The position numbers and the translations under genes were made by a program. DNA of 64,000 nt from Chitinophaga pinensis (GTDB taxonomy: Bacteria; Bacteroidota; Bacteroidia; NS11-12g; UBA9320). The notes beneath the pieces are model-generated. The model did no database searches and was not told where the DNA came from. It saw only the letters and a list, made by a program, of their open reading frames with translations. Positions 26,597 through 36,285 of the stretch are shown piece by piece. Where the stretch lies: contig CAMDSC010000001.1 of NCBI GenBank assembly GCA_945907065.1, positions 97,190 through 161,189 on the forward strand. The letters run 5' to 3'. Positions within the stretch are counted from its first letter, which is position 1. The number at the start of each line of letters is the position of its first letter.

Positions 26597-27555
26597 TTAA
26601 TACGAATAGCAAAATATTTTTTAAGATTAAACGAAGTGGTGGTTTCAGGTAAATAAACCGCCGGATTGACCTTGTCGGAAGTTTGGGTTCTAAACCAAAT
26701 AACGTCGTTAGAAACAGCACCCAAATTACTTACTTGAAGGGTAATAGTATGCCAATAATCAACCATAGTGCCCAAAACTCCTTTGGCACTGTATGGTGAG
26801 GATTCTGTAGTCATGGTTTGTTCAGTTCCTGTATAATCATTTGGATTTAAGGAGTTATTAAGAGTTGTTGGTCCCAGAAGATTGACGGCTGTTTTATCGT
26901 CAGCAAAGGCTATCATTATTTTTATACTGCTGGTTCCCGGAGGTAATTCCACCGGCTGATAATTAGCATGAGGCAATGGGGTAGAAGAGCCATTGGCAAA
27001 AACAATCATACCTGCTATTTGTGGTTTAAAGTCATTATCCAAAGCACTTTTGCCAAATTGGTCCTTAGCTCCATCCTTTATCCAATTGGTGATATTTTCA
27101 ATATATTGAAGTTTTTTTGTTGGCCAATCACTTCCAGGGTCTGTTGTTAGAGGCATTTGTCCTTGTGAACCTTGAATATAAGTCAATATTCGGTGTAAAA
27201 GCATACTTACATCTGGGTCGCCTGGAACTACACGTTTTACAAACTGTGCATTTTGAGGGTCGGTATTGGTAGCTAATCGGTTTATTAATGAGTTGTAGGA
27301 GCTTTCAATACTTCTAAAATCAGGTTCAAAATTTCCATCATGACAACCACTGTTAGCACAGGTTGGTTTAAAAATATTTTTATGTAAACCCTGAATTGTA
27401 TTAGGATCAATTTTTAAATCAGGCATTATTTCGCCTCGGGTAGTTGTATTCCATGTGTTATAAGGATTGGAACTGTCTGCACCACTATCTTTTTTACATG
27501 AAACATTAAATATGCTGATAAAAGCCAATAGGATATAGAGTTGTTTTTTTATCAT
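26593..27555 (-). CDS. Lipoprotein with a PSCyt-like (planctomycete cytochrome c-like) segment carrying a non-canonical C-x4-CH
   Basis: 320 aa with lipobox NVSC. KPTCANSGCHDGNFEPDFRS...VVPGDPDVSMLLHRI...QMPL parallels the PSCyt pattern C..CH...L....vvpG.p..S.L..r......MP. Confidence 0.55.
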   Translation of the reverse strand: MIKKQLYILLAFISIFNVSCKKDSGADSSNPYNTWNTTTRGEIMPDLKIDPNTIQGLHKNIFKPTCANSGCHDGNFEPDFRSIESSYNSLINRLATNTDPQNAQFVKRVVPGDPDVSMLLHRILTYIQGSQGQMPLTTDPGSDWPTKKLQYIENITNWIKDGAKDQFGKSALDNDFKPQIAGMIVFANGSSTPLPHANYQPVELPPGTSSIKIMIAFADDKTAVNLLGPTTLNNSLNPNDYTGTEQTMTTESSPYSAKGVLGTMVDYWHTITLQVSNLGAVSNDVIWFRTQTSDKVNPAVYLPETTTSFNLKKYFAIRIK

Positions 27556-27558
27556 CTT

Positions 27559-28887
27559 TTAAATTCTTTCAAACAAACTTTTAGCTTGTGAGTCAATTAA
27601 TCCTGCACCTTGTACTTCGCTCTTGTATCCAAGTATTTCAGCTATAGTTAAATTAAAATCCGTTACTTTTCCAATCGGATTAGCTTCATTTCCTACCATT
27701 AAATTTGCTGGAACGTTTGGCCCAACCATACCACCAAAAACTCTCAATGAGTTAGCATCTCCGTGGTCGTATCCATACCAATCATTTGCATCCATTATAG
27801 GGTTATGATCTTTGTTTCTTCCACATTCCGGCACAAAACACATAATAGTTTTACCGCTCATTTCAGGAATTTGAGTTTCAATATAATTCCACAAAAATCC
27901 TAAAGCATGATCGGCTCGGTGCATGGCTTGTATGTAACCGGTAAAGTTGCTGTGGCAGCCATCAATTCCGCTCATATTTACTACCAATAGTTTTGGTTTA
28001 AAAACACGTAAAACCTCTGCAGCATAACCTATTGTAGCTCCATCTCCACCACCTACGGGCGGCATTGGCAATTGACCTGCGGCTTGCCTAACAAAGGTAT
28101 TGGATATAAATTCTTTAATTTTTGTTCTCTCGTCGTCGGTGTTTCTTATTCCTGGCATATCTCCCTTTTTTATGTTAAATGAATTATCTAAAAAATTCTT
28201 CATTTTATACATAGGTTCTAGTTCTTCTTGTGGGTGATAAATTTTAGCATTTTGGAGTGTGGCATAGCCGTCGCTACCGAAGGTGATATTTGGAGCAAAG
28301 AAATTTGCGCCGTATGGCAATCCAAAATCAGGGTGGTTACTTGAATTTAATAAAGGAAGTGAGTTGCCGATTGAATTTCCTATAAACCATGTATCAGTAG
28401 CTTTAAATCCACCAAACCGTCTTGCATATTCAAAAACCGTTGGATTTATCGGTCTTACTTTAAGTCCTTGTCCTGCCACCCCACTGCCTGTTATTAAAGA
28501 GTTTAATCCACCATAATGTCCTCCAGAAATAGCTCGCATTTCAGAAAATATGGTCCCTTGTTTTTGAATGGTTTTGGAAAGTATTTTAGGTATAGGCTGT
28601 GTGCCACCTTCCCCTATTCCATAAGCAATTTTACTGGTTGGTGGTGTTCCTTCCAACATATTATGCAATAGATTTCCTTCAGCAGCAAAATCTTGACTAT
28701 CGGCCAAATAGCGTTGCAATATTGAATCCTGCTGACGCAATCCTCCACCAAATATTACATAAACCACATGTTCAGCCAATGGAGCATTGGTTTTGGCAAA
28801 TAATCTACCCGATGGCAAAAGATAGGGCATAACCAAACTTCCAGCGGTTAGTGTAGCGGCTTTTTTAACAAATTCTCTTCTTTTCAT
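27559..28887 (-). CDS. Tat-signal DUF1501-like (alkaline-phosphatase/sulfatase-fold) protein
   Basis: 442 aa with twin-arginine motif KRREFVKKAATLTAG. VVYVIFGGGLRQQDS near the N-terminus and VPECGRNKDHN...YDHGD...VTDFNLTIAEILGY near the C-terminus follow the DUF1501 layout. Confidence 0.6.
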   Translation of the reverse strand: MKRREFVKKAATLTAGSLVMPYLLPSGRLFAKTNAPLAEHVVYVIFGGGLRQQDSILQRYLADSQDFAAEGNLLHNMLEGTPPTSKIAYGIGEGGTQPIPKILSKTIQKQGTIFSEMRAISGGHYGGLNSLITGSGVAGQGLKVRPINPTVFEYARRFGGFKATDTWFIGNSIGNSLPLLNSSNHPDFGLPYGANFFAPNITFGSDGYATLQNAKIYHPQEELEPMYKMKNFLDNSFNIKKGDMPGIRNTDDERTKIKEFISNTFVRQAAGQLPMPPVGGGDGATIGYAAEVLRVFKPKLLVVNMSGIDGCHSNFTGYIQAMHRADHALGFLWNYIETQIPEMSGKTIMCFVPECGRNKDHNPIMDANDWYGYDHGDANSLRVFGGMVGPNVPANLMVGNEANPIGKVTDFNLTIAEILGYKSEVQGAGLIDSQAKSLFERI

Positions 28888-28893
28888 AATCTA

Positions 28894-29400
28894 TTAATAA
28901 AACATGTATTCATCAGATGCTGAAAAGGAAGAATAAACCAGTTCGGGTCTGAAATTTGGATTTGCTTTGCTCGAATTTATAAAATTTATAAACCACGTTT
29001 TTTCAGCCTCTGTTGGTCTTCTTATGAAAAATCGAATATAAGTGTCCGTCACAAATTTTTCAGTACTATCCAGCATAAATTTTCGGGTTGGGAGTTTTAC
29101 AAAACTGGTGTTCATATAATTACTGATGATAACTTCATTTATTAAAGTTTTATCGCCACAACTTTGAATTACCCTATCGGTTCGTGTTAATTCATTAATT
29201 GACGAAGGTTTTTGAAACAAGTTTGTAGTTAAAATACCGTGAAACTCAATATTGGTTTTATCCTTGTCTTTATTAAGGTTATCACCAAAAGAAGGAGTCT
29301 CAACAACCTCGTAATTTGTAATTAGCTTTTCTTTTTTGCATTGAACAAAAAACAAAACAGCTAAACTGAAAAAGGCGATTTTAAAAATGGGCATATTCAT
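28894..29400 (-). CDS. Lipoprotein, function unknown; C-terminal module paralogous to the upstream gene
   Basis: 168 aa with lipobox FVQC. Shows YIRFFIRRPTEAEKTWF...ASDEYMFY at the C-terminus. Confidence 0.55.
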   Translation of the reverse strand: MNMPIFKIAFFSLAVLFFVQCKKEKLITNYEVVETPSFGDNLNKDKDKTNIEFHGILTTNLFQKPSSINELTRTDRVIQSCGDKTLINEVIISNYMNTSFVKLPTRKFMLDSTEKFVTDTYIRFFIRRPTEAEKTWFINFINSSKANPNFRPELVYSSFSASDEYMFY

Positions 29401-30295
29401 CTGTCATTAATATTAAAGTTTGAACTTTTTGTAGGTCTTTGGTCGAATAATAATCTTGTATTAAATTAAAGCTTTCTTGAGTTGTCGGCTCACGGCCTAT
29501 TAAAGTAAGGTAACACCATTTTATCATGCTTTCATGATATTCAATAGATTGAACCAACATTTGGCAATATTCAGGTTTGTTACCCGCATAGCCGCCAAAC
29601 AAGCTTCCAGCTTTTCCCTTATCAATAATATCATAAGCTATTGCAAATTCGTCACGGGTTGGAAACCTGAACAACATGTTGTCAAAACTTGCATTTACAA
29701 AATTTAAACTATTCATATTTATCACATCATAAATAGGATTGTCGAGCATATAGGCATACATATCACTTATTTTTATTTTGCCCAATTGGTAATTTCGCCT
29801 CGAATTGATAACATTCAAACATCGGTCAATGGTAACCATTGCTGAGAATACACCAATGGAATCTCCAAGTAGCCGTGCTACTTTAAGAGCAAATTTGGCA
29901 TTGCCAATTTGCTGATAAAATTCTTCTTCACCAGCCCCTTCTAGCAAACGAGCCTTTGTTAAATCATAAATTCTTTGATAATATGCCCTCTTGTAGGATG
30001 AATCACCAATAACAAAACCGGTATCGGTCATTAGGCGTGTAATAAGTCGTTTTCGGCTTTCAAAGTTTAGCTTATTAGCTCTTAAGGTATCTACATCTCT
30101 TATTTTTTCAGTATTCAATGGTTCACGACCCAACAAATCAATGTATATCCGGTTAATATAATTTTCAACTTTTACAGTAGATATATCATCATAATTTTTA
30201 GGTTTATTTACACTTACCTCAATTGTTTCTTTCGTTTTGCAGGAAAGAAGCAAGATTGAAAAGGTGAAAACAAAGAATAAGAGTCTTTTTAGCAT
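29381..30295 (-). CDS. Lipoprotein with two LxGREPxxxE modules (DUF1549/DUF1800-like candidate)
   Basis: 304 aa with lipobox LLSC. Shows YIDLLGREPLNTEKI and YLTLIGREPTTQESF, and ends LMTDEYAHF. It is the first gene of the six-gene operon. Confidence 0.55.
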   Translation of the reverse strand: MLKRLLFFVFTFSILLLSCKTKETIEVSVNKPKNYDDISTVKVENYINRIYIDLLGREPLNTEKIRDVDTLRANKLNFESRKRLITRLMTDTGFVIGDSSYKRAYYQRIYDLTKARLLEGAGEEEFYQQIGNAKFALKVARLLGDSIGVFSAMVTIDRCLNVINSRRNYQLGKIKISDMYAYMLDNPIYDVINMNSLNFVNASFDNMLFRFPTRDEFAIAYDIIDKGKAGSLFGGYAGNKPEYCQMLVQSIEYHESMIKWCYLTLIGREPTTQESFNLIQDYYSTKDLQKVQTLILMTDEYAHF

Positions 30296-30511
30296 AATTT
30301 TATTTCACAAGTTTATAAAAAAAAATCATTAAAATGACGATTATTTATTTTTTTAATTCTTTTAGATAGCTTTAAGACGAATTTAAAATTCTTTCTGTGA
30401 CAAGTTGTTTTTATATTAATCGAATTAATTTTCCATTAAGTCAATAAATATTAAATATAAAGATTGTCTTTTACTCAAATTTGGCTTTGGTTTGCCTTCT
30501 CAAATTTTAAT

Positions 30512-32671
30512 ATGAAAAATTTTAAAGAATACGTTTTCTTATCCATTGGTGTATTGTTTTTGTCAGTATCTGTTTTTCTTTCTAATTCGGCCAAGGCTCA
30601 AGATAAAATATTTACCATAGAAGAAGCTGTGCTGGGTGGTGGCGGAAAATTAATTCCTAAAAACTTAGACCAATTGCAGTGGGTGAGTGAATCATCTTAT
30701 TATTCACAAGCAGTTGGAAGCACTATTCAGGTAACGGATGCAAAAACGAATAAAGTTGTTTATACAATTTCAAAAACTGAAGTGGATTTAGCTTTAAAAA
30801 GTTCAGGATTGGATACTTTAAAAAAACTTCCTCGCATAGCCTGGTTAAATTATAATAATTTTAGATTTAACCATGCTAATAAGTTTGTGGCATACGATGT
30901 TGCCAAAAAAATTACCTATAATTTAGTTGATTATGATGCAGCGGAAATGGAGAATGCTGATTTTACATACAATTATAAAAAGGTGGCCTACACCAAAGGC
31001 AATAATTTATACATTAACGATAAGCAAATAACCTTTGATGATAAGCCGGGAATAGTGAATGGTCAAGCGGTTCACCGCAACGAATTTGGAATAGTAAAAG
31101 GAACTTTTTGGAGTAATGATGGGGGGCAATTGGCTTTTTATCATTTGGATGAGCACATGGTGGCCGAGTATCCTATTTATCAATTGAAAACTCGCCCGGC
31201 TGATGCCCGTATGATTCGCTACCCGATAGCAGGAACGCCAAGTCATCATGCTTCAGTTGGTGTTTATAACACCACCACAAATTCTACGGTATTTCTTAAA
31301 ACAGGTGAACCTTTGGAACAATATTTAACCAATATTTCATGGAGTCCTGATAATAAATCGGTATTTGTAGCCATTGTAAATCGTGCACAAGATCACATGC
31401 GGCTTAACCAATATGATGCCGCTACCGGAAACTTTGTAAAAACCTTGTTTGAAGAAACGGATGCAAAATACGTGGAACCACAACATGGTATGACCTTCAT
31501 AAAAACCGACCCTTCCAAATTTATTTGGTGGAGCGAGAGAGATGGTTATAATCATTTGTATTTATATGATGTTTCAGGAAAATTAATCAGTCAACTTACC
31601 AAAGGAAATTGGGTGGTTACGGACTTGAATGGTTTTGATAAATCCGGCAAAACGTTATTTTATACCTCCACAGGATTGAGTCCAACAGAAAGGCATTTAG
31701 TAAGTCTGAATTTAAAAACAAACAAATCATTTCAACTAACCTACAGACCGGGAACACATACCTTATCATTAAGCCCAAACGGCGATTGGTTTATTGATCA
31801 TTTTCAAAATGCGACCACTCCCCGCGAAATAAGGATTATTTCGGCTGATGCAAACAAGGAAACTGTAATCCATTCTGCTCCAAATCCTTTATCAGATTAT
31901 AAATTAGGCGAAATCACCATAGGAACTTTAAAAGCGTCTGATGGTAGCGATTTATACTATCGATTGATAAAACCTGTAAATTTCAATCCAGATGCCAAAT
32001 ATCCTGTGGTGGTTTATTTATACAACGGCCCACATTTGCAATTGGTAAATAATACCTGGCTCGGAGGTGCTAACCTATGGATGCAATACATGTCGCAACA
32101 TGGGTATTATGTTTTTACAATAGACGGAAGAGGTTCTATGAATCGGGGACATGCATTTGAGGCAGCAGTTCACCGTCAGTTGGGAACTTTGGAAATGGAA
32201 GACCAGTTAAAAGGTGTAGAATATTTAAAATCCTTGCCCAATGTTGAAGCTACCAGAATTGGAATTCATGGCTGGAGCTTTGGAGGATTTATGACCACAA
32301 GTATGATGACTCGTAATGCAGGAGTTTATAAAGTAGGTGCAGCCGGCGGACCAGTTATCGACTGGGGGCTGTATGAAATAATGTATACAGAACGCTATAT
32401 GGATACTCCTGAAGAAAACCCTGAAGGGTATAAAAATAATAACCTTCTTAACTATACAAAAAATCTAAAAGGGAAATTATTAATGATTCATGGATGTGAA
32501 GATGATGTGGTGCTTTGGCAACACTCATTGCAATACGTTGAAAAATCCATAAAGGATAATGTTCCTACTCTAGATTATTTTGTTTACCCGCACCATCCTC
32601 ACAATGTATCGGGCAAAGACCGGGTACATTTAATGGACAAAATTTCGAGATACTTTTTTGATAATTTGTAG
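30512..32671 (+). CDS. S9-family prolyl/dipeptidyl peptidase (DPP-IV-like paralogue)
   Basis: ATG 30512 gives MKNFKEYVFLSIGVLFLSVSVFLSNSAKAQ (signal peptide); the track start 30464 is TTG. The nucleophile is GWSFGG, with HGCEDDVV and HPHNV completing the triad. Confidence 0.85.
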   Translation: MKNFKEYVFLSIGVLFLSVSVFLSNSAKAQDKIFTIEEAVLGGGGKLIPKNLDQLQWVSESSYYSQAVGSTIQVTDAKTNKVVYTISKTEVDLALKSSGLDTLKKLPRIAWLNYNNFRFNHANKFVAYDVAKKITYNLVDYDAAEMENADFTYNYKKVAYTKGNNLYINDKQITFDDKPGIVNGQAVHRNEFGIVKGTFWSNDGGQLAFYHLDEHMVAEYPIYQLKTRPADARMIRYPIAGTPSHHASVGVYNTTTNSTVFLKTGEPLEQYLTNISWSPDNKSVFVAIVNRAQDHMRLNQYDAATGNFVKTLFEETDAKYVEPQHGMTFIKTDPSKFIWWSERDGYNHLYLYDVSGKLISQLTKGNWVVTDLNGFDKSGKTLFYTSTGLSPTERHLVSLNLKTNKSFQLTYRPGTHTLSLSPNGDWFIDHFQNATTPREIRIISADANKETVIHSAPNPLSDYKLGEITIGTLKASDGSDLYYRLIKPVNFNPDAKYPVVVYLYNGPHLQLVNNTWLGGANLWMQYMSQHGYYVFTIDGRGSMNRGHAFEAAVHRQLGTLEMEDQLKGVEYLKSLPNVEATRIGIHGWSFGGFMTTSMMTRNAGVYKVGAAGGPVIDWGLYEIMYTERYMDTPEENPEGYKNNNLLNYTKNLKGKLLMIHGCEDDVVLWQHSLQYVEKSIKDNVPTLDYFVYPHHPHNVSGKDRVHLMDKISRYFFDNL

Positions 32672-32674
32672 AAT

Positions 32675-34624
32675 TTAATTAAACAACCTCCAGTTTACCC
32701 CAAATCGAAAGAACCTTGGTGGATTAGGATAGAGCGGTGTGCTATAATACCTGTTGCCGGTTAGTCCTTGATTGATATGCTCAAAACGAATAAATAAATT
32801 CATGGTTTGAACCTGGGCACTCATATAAAAATCAAAGTATGGATAGTTGCCAATTTTGGTGGTGTTTTGCCAAACAAACTGACGAATGTAAGGATTAAAT
32901 GCATCCGCATAATAGCTGCTAAACCAATAGTAATCTACCCCGATACGGGCTAACATATTTTTTTTAAAGAAACGGTTTTCAAAAAACACACCGCCCGAAA
33001 GGGAAAGTTTTGGAAGATGAAAAGTTTGACTTATTTCTTGATAACTCAATCGGTTGTGCCAGTTCATTTTACCAAATTTTAGATTATTGGAAACGAATAC
33101 CTCTAGGTAATTAAAATCAACTCCTTTAGGTGCTGCTTCAAAAAAATAAATATTGTAATTCTGGAAATTAGAAGCTGTAAATCCTGCTTTTAATTGCAAT
33201 GGAATCCATTCCATAGAAGCATCTAAACCATTGCGGTAGGTTGGTTTAAGGGTTTGGTTCCATTTTATAGGCGCTGTAAAACCAAGGGTTTGAAAATAAT
33301 CAGCCACATGGCGTTGGCTGCTAAATTGGGCATTCAGTTTAAATTTATCTTTTATCAAAAGTTTAGCACCGGTTTGCAATAGGTAATCTTTACTGTTGTA
33401 TCCCGCCATAAATATTTGACCATTTCCGTTTAATTCTATTTCTCCAAATTTTGAAGTTAAAGCGGCTATAAGCATTCCATTTAACGAAAGATTATAAAAA
33501 GCCTGCTGACCTGTAAAATTGTTAAACACCCCGTAATTGCTATATTCAGCACCTGCTTTTATAAGGTTACTAAATTGTTTGTAGCTCGTTTTAATAACCA
33601 CTCCTACTGCATTGGTCACTTCTTTCATAACCATCGAATCGTTGATTCCATCTGAAAATATAGTTTGATAATAAGGTGTGTCGGCTGACAGGTCTTTATA
33701 TCTAAATATTGAGCGTGAGGCATGAAACGTATGATAAAAATATCCTTTAGGGGCAAAATCCAAACCCAAAGTGTCTATAGTATTTGAGTCTCTTTTTTGG
33801 GTTATTAAACTGGTTTTGCCAAAACGGTAATACTGTTTTAAAACAATAGCCGGTTGATTAATACTATTGCTAGCATTGGCCAATGGATTTTCAAACACGC
33901 GGCGTTTGCCCGATGTAGTATCAAATGAGAGTGAATTTAATAATCCTCCTGTTTCTCTAATTACATTTTTATTATATGTCACCGCTCCTAAGAGGTAATA
34001 TTTATCAGATTTCGAGCGGTAACTCGAAAATAGTTTCAGGTTATAAATACTTGGAATCTTTACGTTGTAATCGCTACCTTTAACCAATTCAAAAAGGTAA
34101 TTATTGGTTTTCATACGACGGTAATCAATCCCCACATTCCAGCGGTTATTTATATTTTGTGTATGTAAAATATCAATAAATATTAATCCTTTGGCACCTT
34201 GCGAATAATTAAGTTTGGAATAAGGTGTTGGAGCTATAATTATTCGTTCATCACTTCCGGTATGGTTATATAACCAACTGTTCATTCTGTTAAAACCCAA
34301 ATCAAAACCGGTTGTTTTGGTGGTGGTTAAACTTAAAGGTTGACTAGGAGTTCCTATAAGCCCTAAGTCTTGATAAGCTTGGTTTTGTTTGCTGTATGGA
34401 TTGAGTTGATGAAAACCATTTAAGGAAGTATCAAAATCCTGAATATTATTTTTTAAAGATTCAAAATCCTGAATGGAAATGAATAATGGCCGTACCCTTT
34501 TAACAATCTTTTTTGAGGAATCTGATTGCCCCATAACCATTACTGATATGGCTACAAAAAATAGTAATGATAGGGCTTTCGTGATTTTCAAAATGGAATT
34601 GCAAATATATTGCCTCTGCCTCAA
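32675..34624 (-). CDS. Outer-membrane beta-barrel protein (Bacteroidota 'putative porin' type)
   Basis: 649 aa with a signal peptide. It shows alternating aromatic/hydrophilic beta-strand periodicity throughout and the terminal strand FRFGVNWRLFN. Confidence 0.6.
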   Translation of the reverse strand: MRQRQYICNSILKITKALSLLFFVAISVMVMGQSDSSKKIVKRVRPLFISIQDFESLKNNIQDFDTSLNGFHQLNPYSKQNQAYQDLGLIGTPSQPLSLTTTKTTGFDLGFNRMNSWLYNHTGSDERIIIAPTPYSKLNYSQGAKGLIFIDILHTQNINNRWNVGIDYRRMKTNNYLFELVKGSDYNVKIPSIYNLKLFSSYRSKSDKYYLLGAVTYNKNVIRETGGLLNSLSFDTTSGKRRVFENPLANASNSINQPAIVLKQYYRFGKTSLITQKRDSNTIDTLGLDFAPKGYFYHTFHASRSIFRYKDLSADTPYYQTIFSDGINDSMVMKEVTNAVGVVIKTSYKQFSNLIKAGAEYSNYGVFNNFTGQQAFYNLSLNGMLIAALTSKFGEIELNGNGQIFMAGYNSKDYLLQTGAKLLIKDKFKLNAQFSSQRHVADYFQTLGFTAPIKWNQTLKPTYRNGLDASMEWIPLQLKAGFTASNFQNYNIYFFEAAPKGVDFNYLEVFVSNNLKFGKMNWHNRLSYQEISQTFHLPKLSLSGGVFFENRFFKKNMLARIGVDYYWFSSYYADAFNPYIRQFVWQNTTKIGNYPYFDFYMSAQVQTMNLFIRFEHINQGLTGNRYYSTPLYPNPPRFFRFGVNWRLFN

Positions 34625-34649
34625 TAACTAAATTCTTATTTTCGCAGTA

Positions 34650-35690
34650 GTGTATGATTATATAATAATTGGTGGTGGATTGGCTGGCTCAACTTTGGCT
34701 TACAGACTTCTAAAGCAGGGAGCAAAGGTGATGGTGATAGATGAACCTTCCCGAAATATTTCATCTACAGTGGCAGCAGGTATTTTTAATCCGATAACCG
34801 GCAAACGAACCGCTTTGACTTGGAAAGCCAATGAAATGTTTGACGAACTTCATGCATTTTATCCCAAACTTGAGGTTGAAATGGGAGAGCATTTCTTTTA
34901 TCCCTTACCTTTTTATAAGCTTTTTGACAGTATTTTTGATCAAAATGAATGGCTGAACAAGCAGCAGGAATCAGGGTTTAATCAATTTATAGAACATGAA
35001 ATTCAATTCTTAAATAATGAACGGGTTGATAATCCGTTTGGGGCTTTGCAAATTGAAAAAGCAGGTCGTTTGGATACAAAAGCATTTCTTAAAGCTTTAC
35101 AAAATTGGTTGCTTTCACAAAATGCCATTTCATTTCAAAATTTTGATTACACCAATGTTGAGGTAACTAATGAAATTATTAAATATAATGATTTAAAATC
35201 TCAAGCCCTAATATTTTGTGATGGCTCCAATTCATTGGCTAATCCGTTTTTTAATTATTTGCCACACAAGCCCGTTCATGGCGAAATACTGGAAGTTGAA
35301 ATTCCTAATTTTTATGAAGACAGGGTTATTAATAAAGGCGTTTTTGTGTTGCCTACGGCAAATCAAAAATATTTGGTAGGCTCTACTTACAACTGGGATT
35401 TAACCGAACCAGTAACCACATCTGCAGGAAGGGAAGAAATAGAAACAAAGCTTAAAGAAATGGTGAAAACGGAATTTAAAACAACCGGTCACTGGGCTGG
35501 TATTCGTCCATCCACTAAAGATCGCAGGGCTTATTTAGGTCAGCATCCCTCCTATAAAAACCTTTTTATTTTTGGAGGATTTGGAAGCAAAGGCGTTTCG
35601 TTAATTCCCTATTTATCAAAAGTGTTTACCAATTATTTGTTGAATGATGCTGAATTACCAAAGGAAGTGGATATTTGCAGGGTTAGGTAA
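34650..35690 (+). CDS. FAD-dependent oxidoreductase (DAO family)
   Basis: 346 aa from a GTG start. The dinucleotide fold is YDYIIIGGGLAGSTLAYRL, and the C-terminus has HWAGIRPSTKDRR and GFGSKG. Confidence 0.75.
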   Translation: MYDYIIIGGGLAGSTLAYRLLKQGAKVMVIDEPSRNISSTVAAGIFNPITGKRTALTWKANEMFDELHAFYPKLEVEMGEHFFYPLPFYKLFDSIFDQNEWLNKQQESGFNQFIEHEIQFLNNERVDNPFGALQIEKAGRLDTKAFLKALQNWLLSQNAISFQNFDYTNVEVTNEIIKYNDLKSQALIFCDGSNSLANPFFNYLPHKPVHGEILEVEIPNFYEDRVINKGVFVLPTANQKYLVGSTYNWDLTEPVTTSAGREEIETKLKEMVKTEFKTTGHWAGIRPSTKDRRAYLGQHPSYKNLFIFGGFGSKGVSLIPYLSKVFTNYLLNDAELPKEVDICRVR

Positions 35691-35738
35691 TTACCAGTAT
35701 TCAAATTCTATGGTTTGTAATATTCAACATTAAAACCG

Positions 35739-36104
35739 ATGAAAAAAATACTTATTATTTTTTCATTGCTATTCTTAGGGTGCAAGGATGATCCCCCTAA
35801 ACCATGGGTATTGCCGCCTCAATGGGCACTGAAATTTGGTTTTAAAAATGATTTGATTTTAAAGAAAATTTGTGGTGATTCTAATTTGATATTTGATGAC
35901 AGTTTATTTTCTTATTCAGAAAATGGAAAAGAAAAATTCTTCAAAGGTTGGATAAGTAAAAACCTGCAAAATGATTCTTTTCCATTTATTGTTAGCCAAG
36001 TTACTGATATAGTTTTCCTTTCTGCTAATGACCAAATTACTACTTTTTATTTGCATTTACCTTTTCAAAAAGTTGATACAATTTATAGTGAATATAAGGG
36101 ATAG
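35739..36104 (+). CDS. Small lipoprotein, function unknown (possibly frameshifted; see findings)
   Basis: 121 aa with lipobox FLGC. A plausible C-terminal extension continues in another frame to 36222. Confidence 0.5.
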   Translation: MKKILIIFSLLFLGCKDDPPKPWVLPPQWALKFGFKNDLILKKICGDSNLIFDDSLFSYSENGKEKFFKGWISKNLQNDSFPFIVSQVTDIVFLSANDQITTFYLHLPFQKVDTIYSEYKG

Positions 36105-36285
36105 GAAAGGTCCTAATAGCTGTTCATGCAGTATGCCCCTAAAAGAACTAAAACTTAATGGTAAACCTTTCACTCGCAAAACGGATTATGATATCAACGG
36201 AATTTATATTTTTGATAGGTAAGATTTAATAATAGATAGGCTGTTTAAAATTCCAAGCAATTAGTTTCTTAAAACTTGCTTTACT

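Noticed and set aside
26593-27555. Annotating the lipoprotein as a bona fide c-type cytochrome
   Set aside because: The motif is C-x4-CH, not CXXCH. Haem binding is unproven, so it is kept as PSCyt-like only.
36028-36222. Independent 64-aa gene
   Set aside because: Its 5' part overlaps the lipoprotein gene in another frame and looks non-coding. Only the part beyond 36100 looks protein-like, so it is treated as a possible frameshift continuation.
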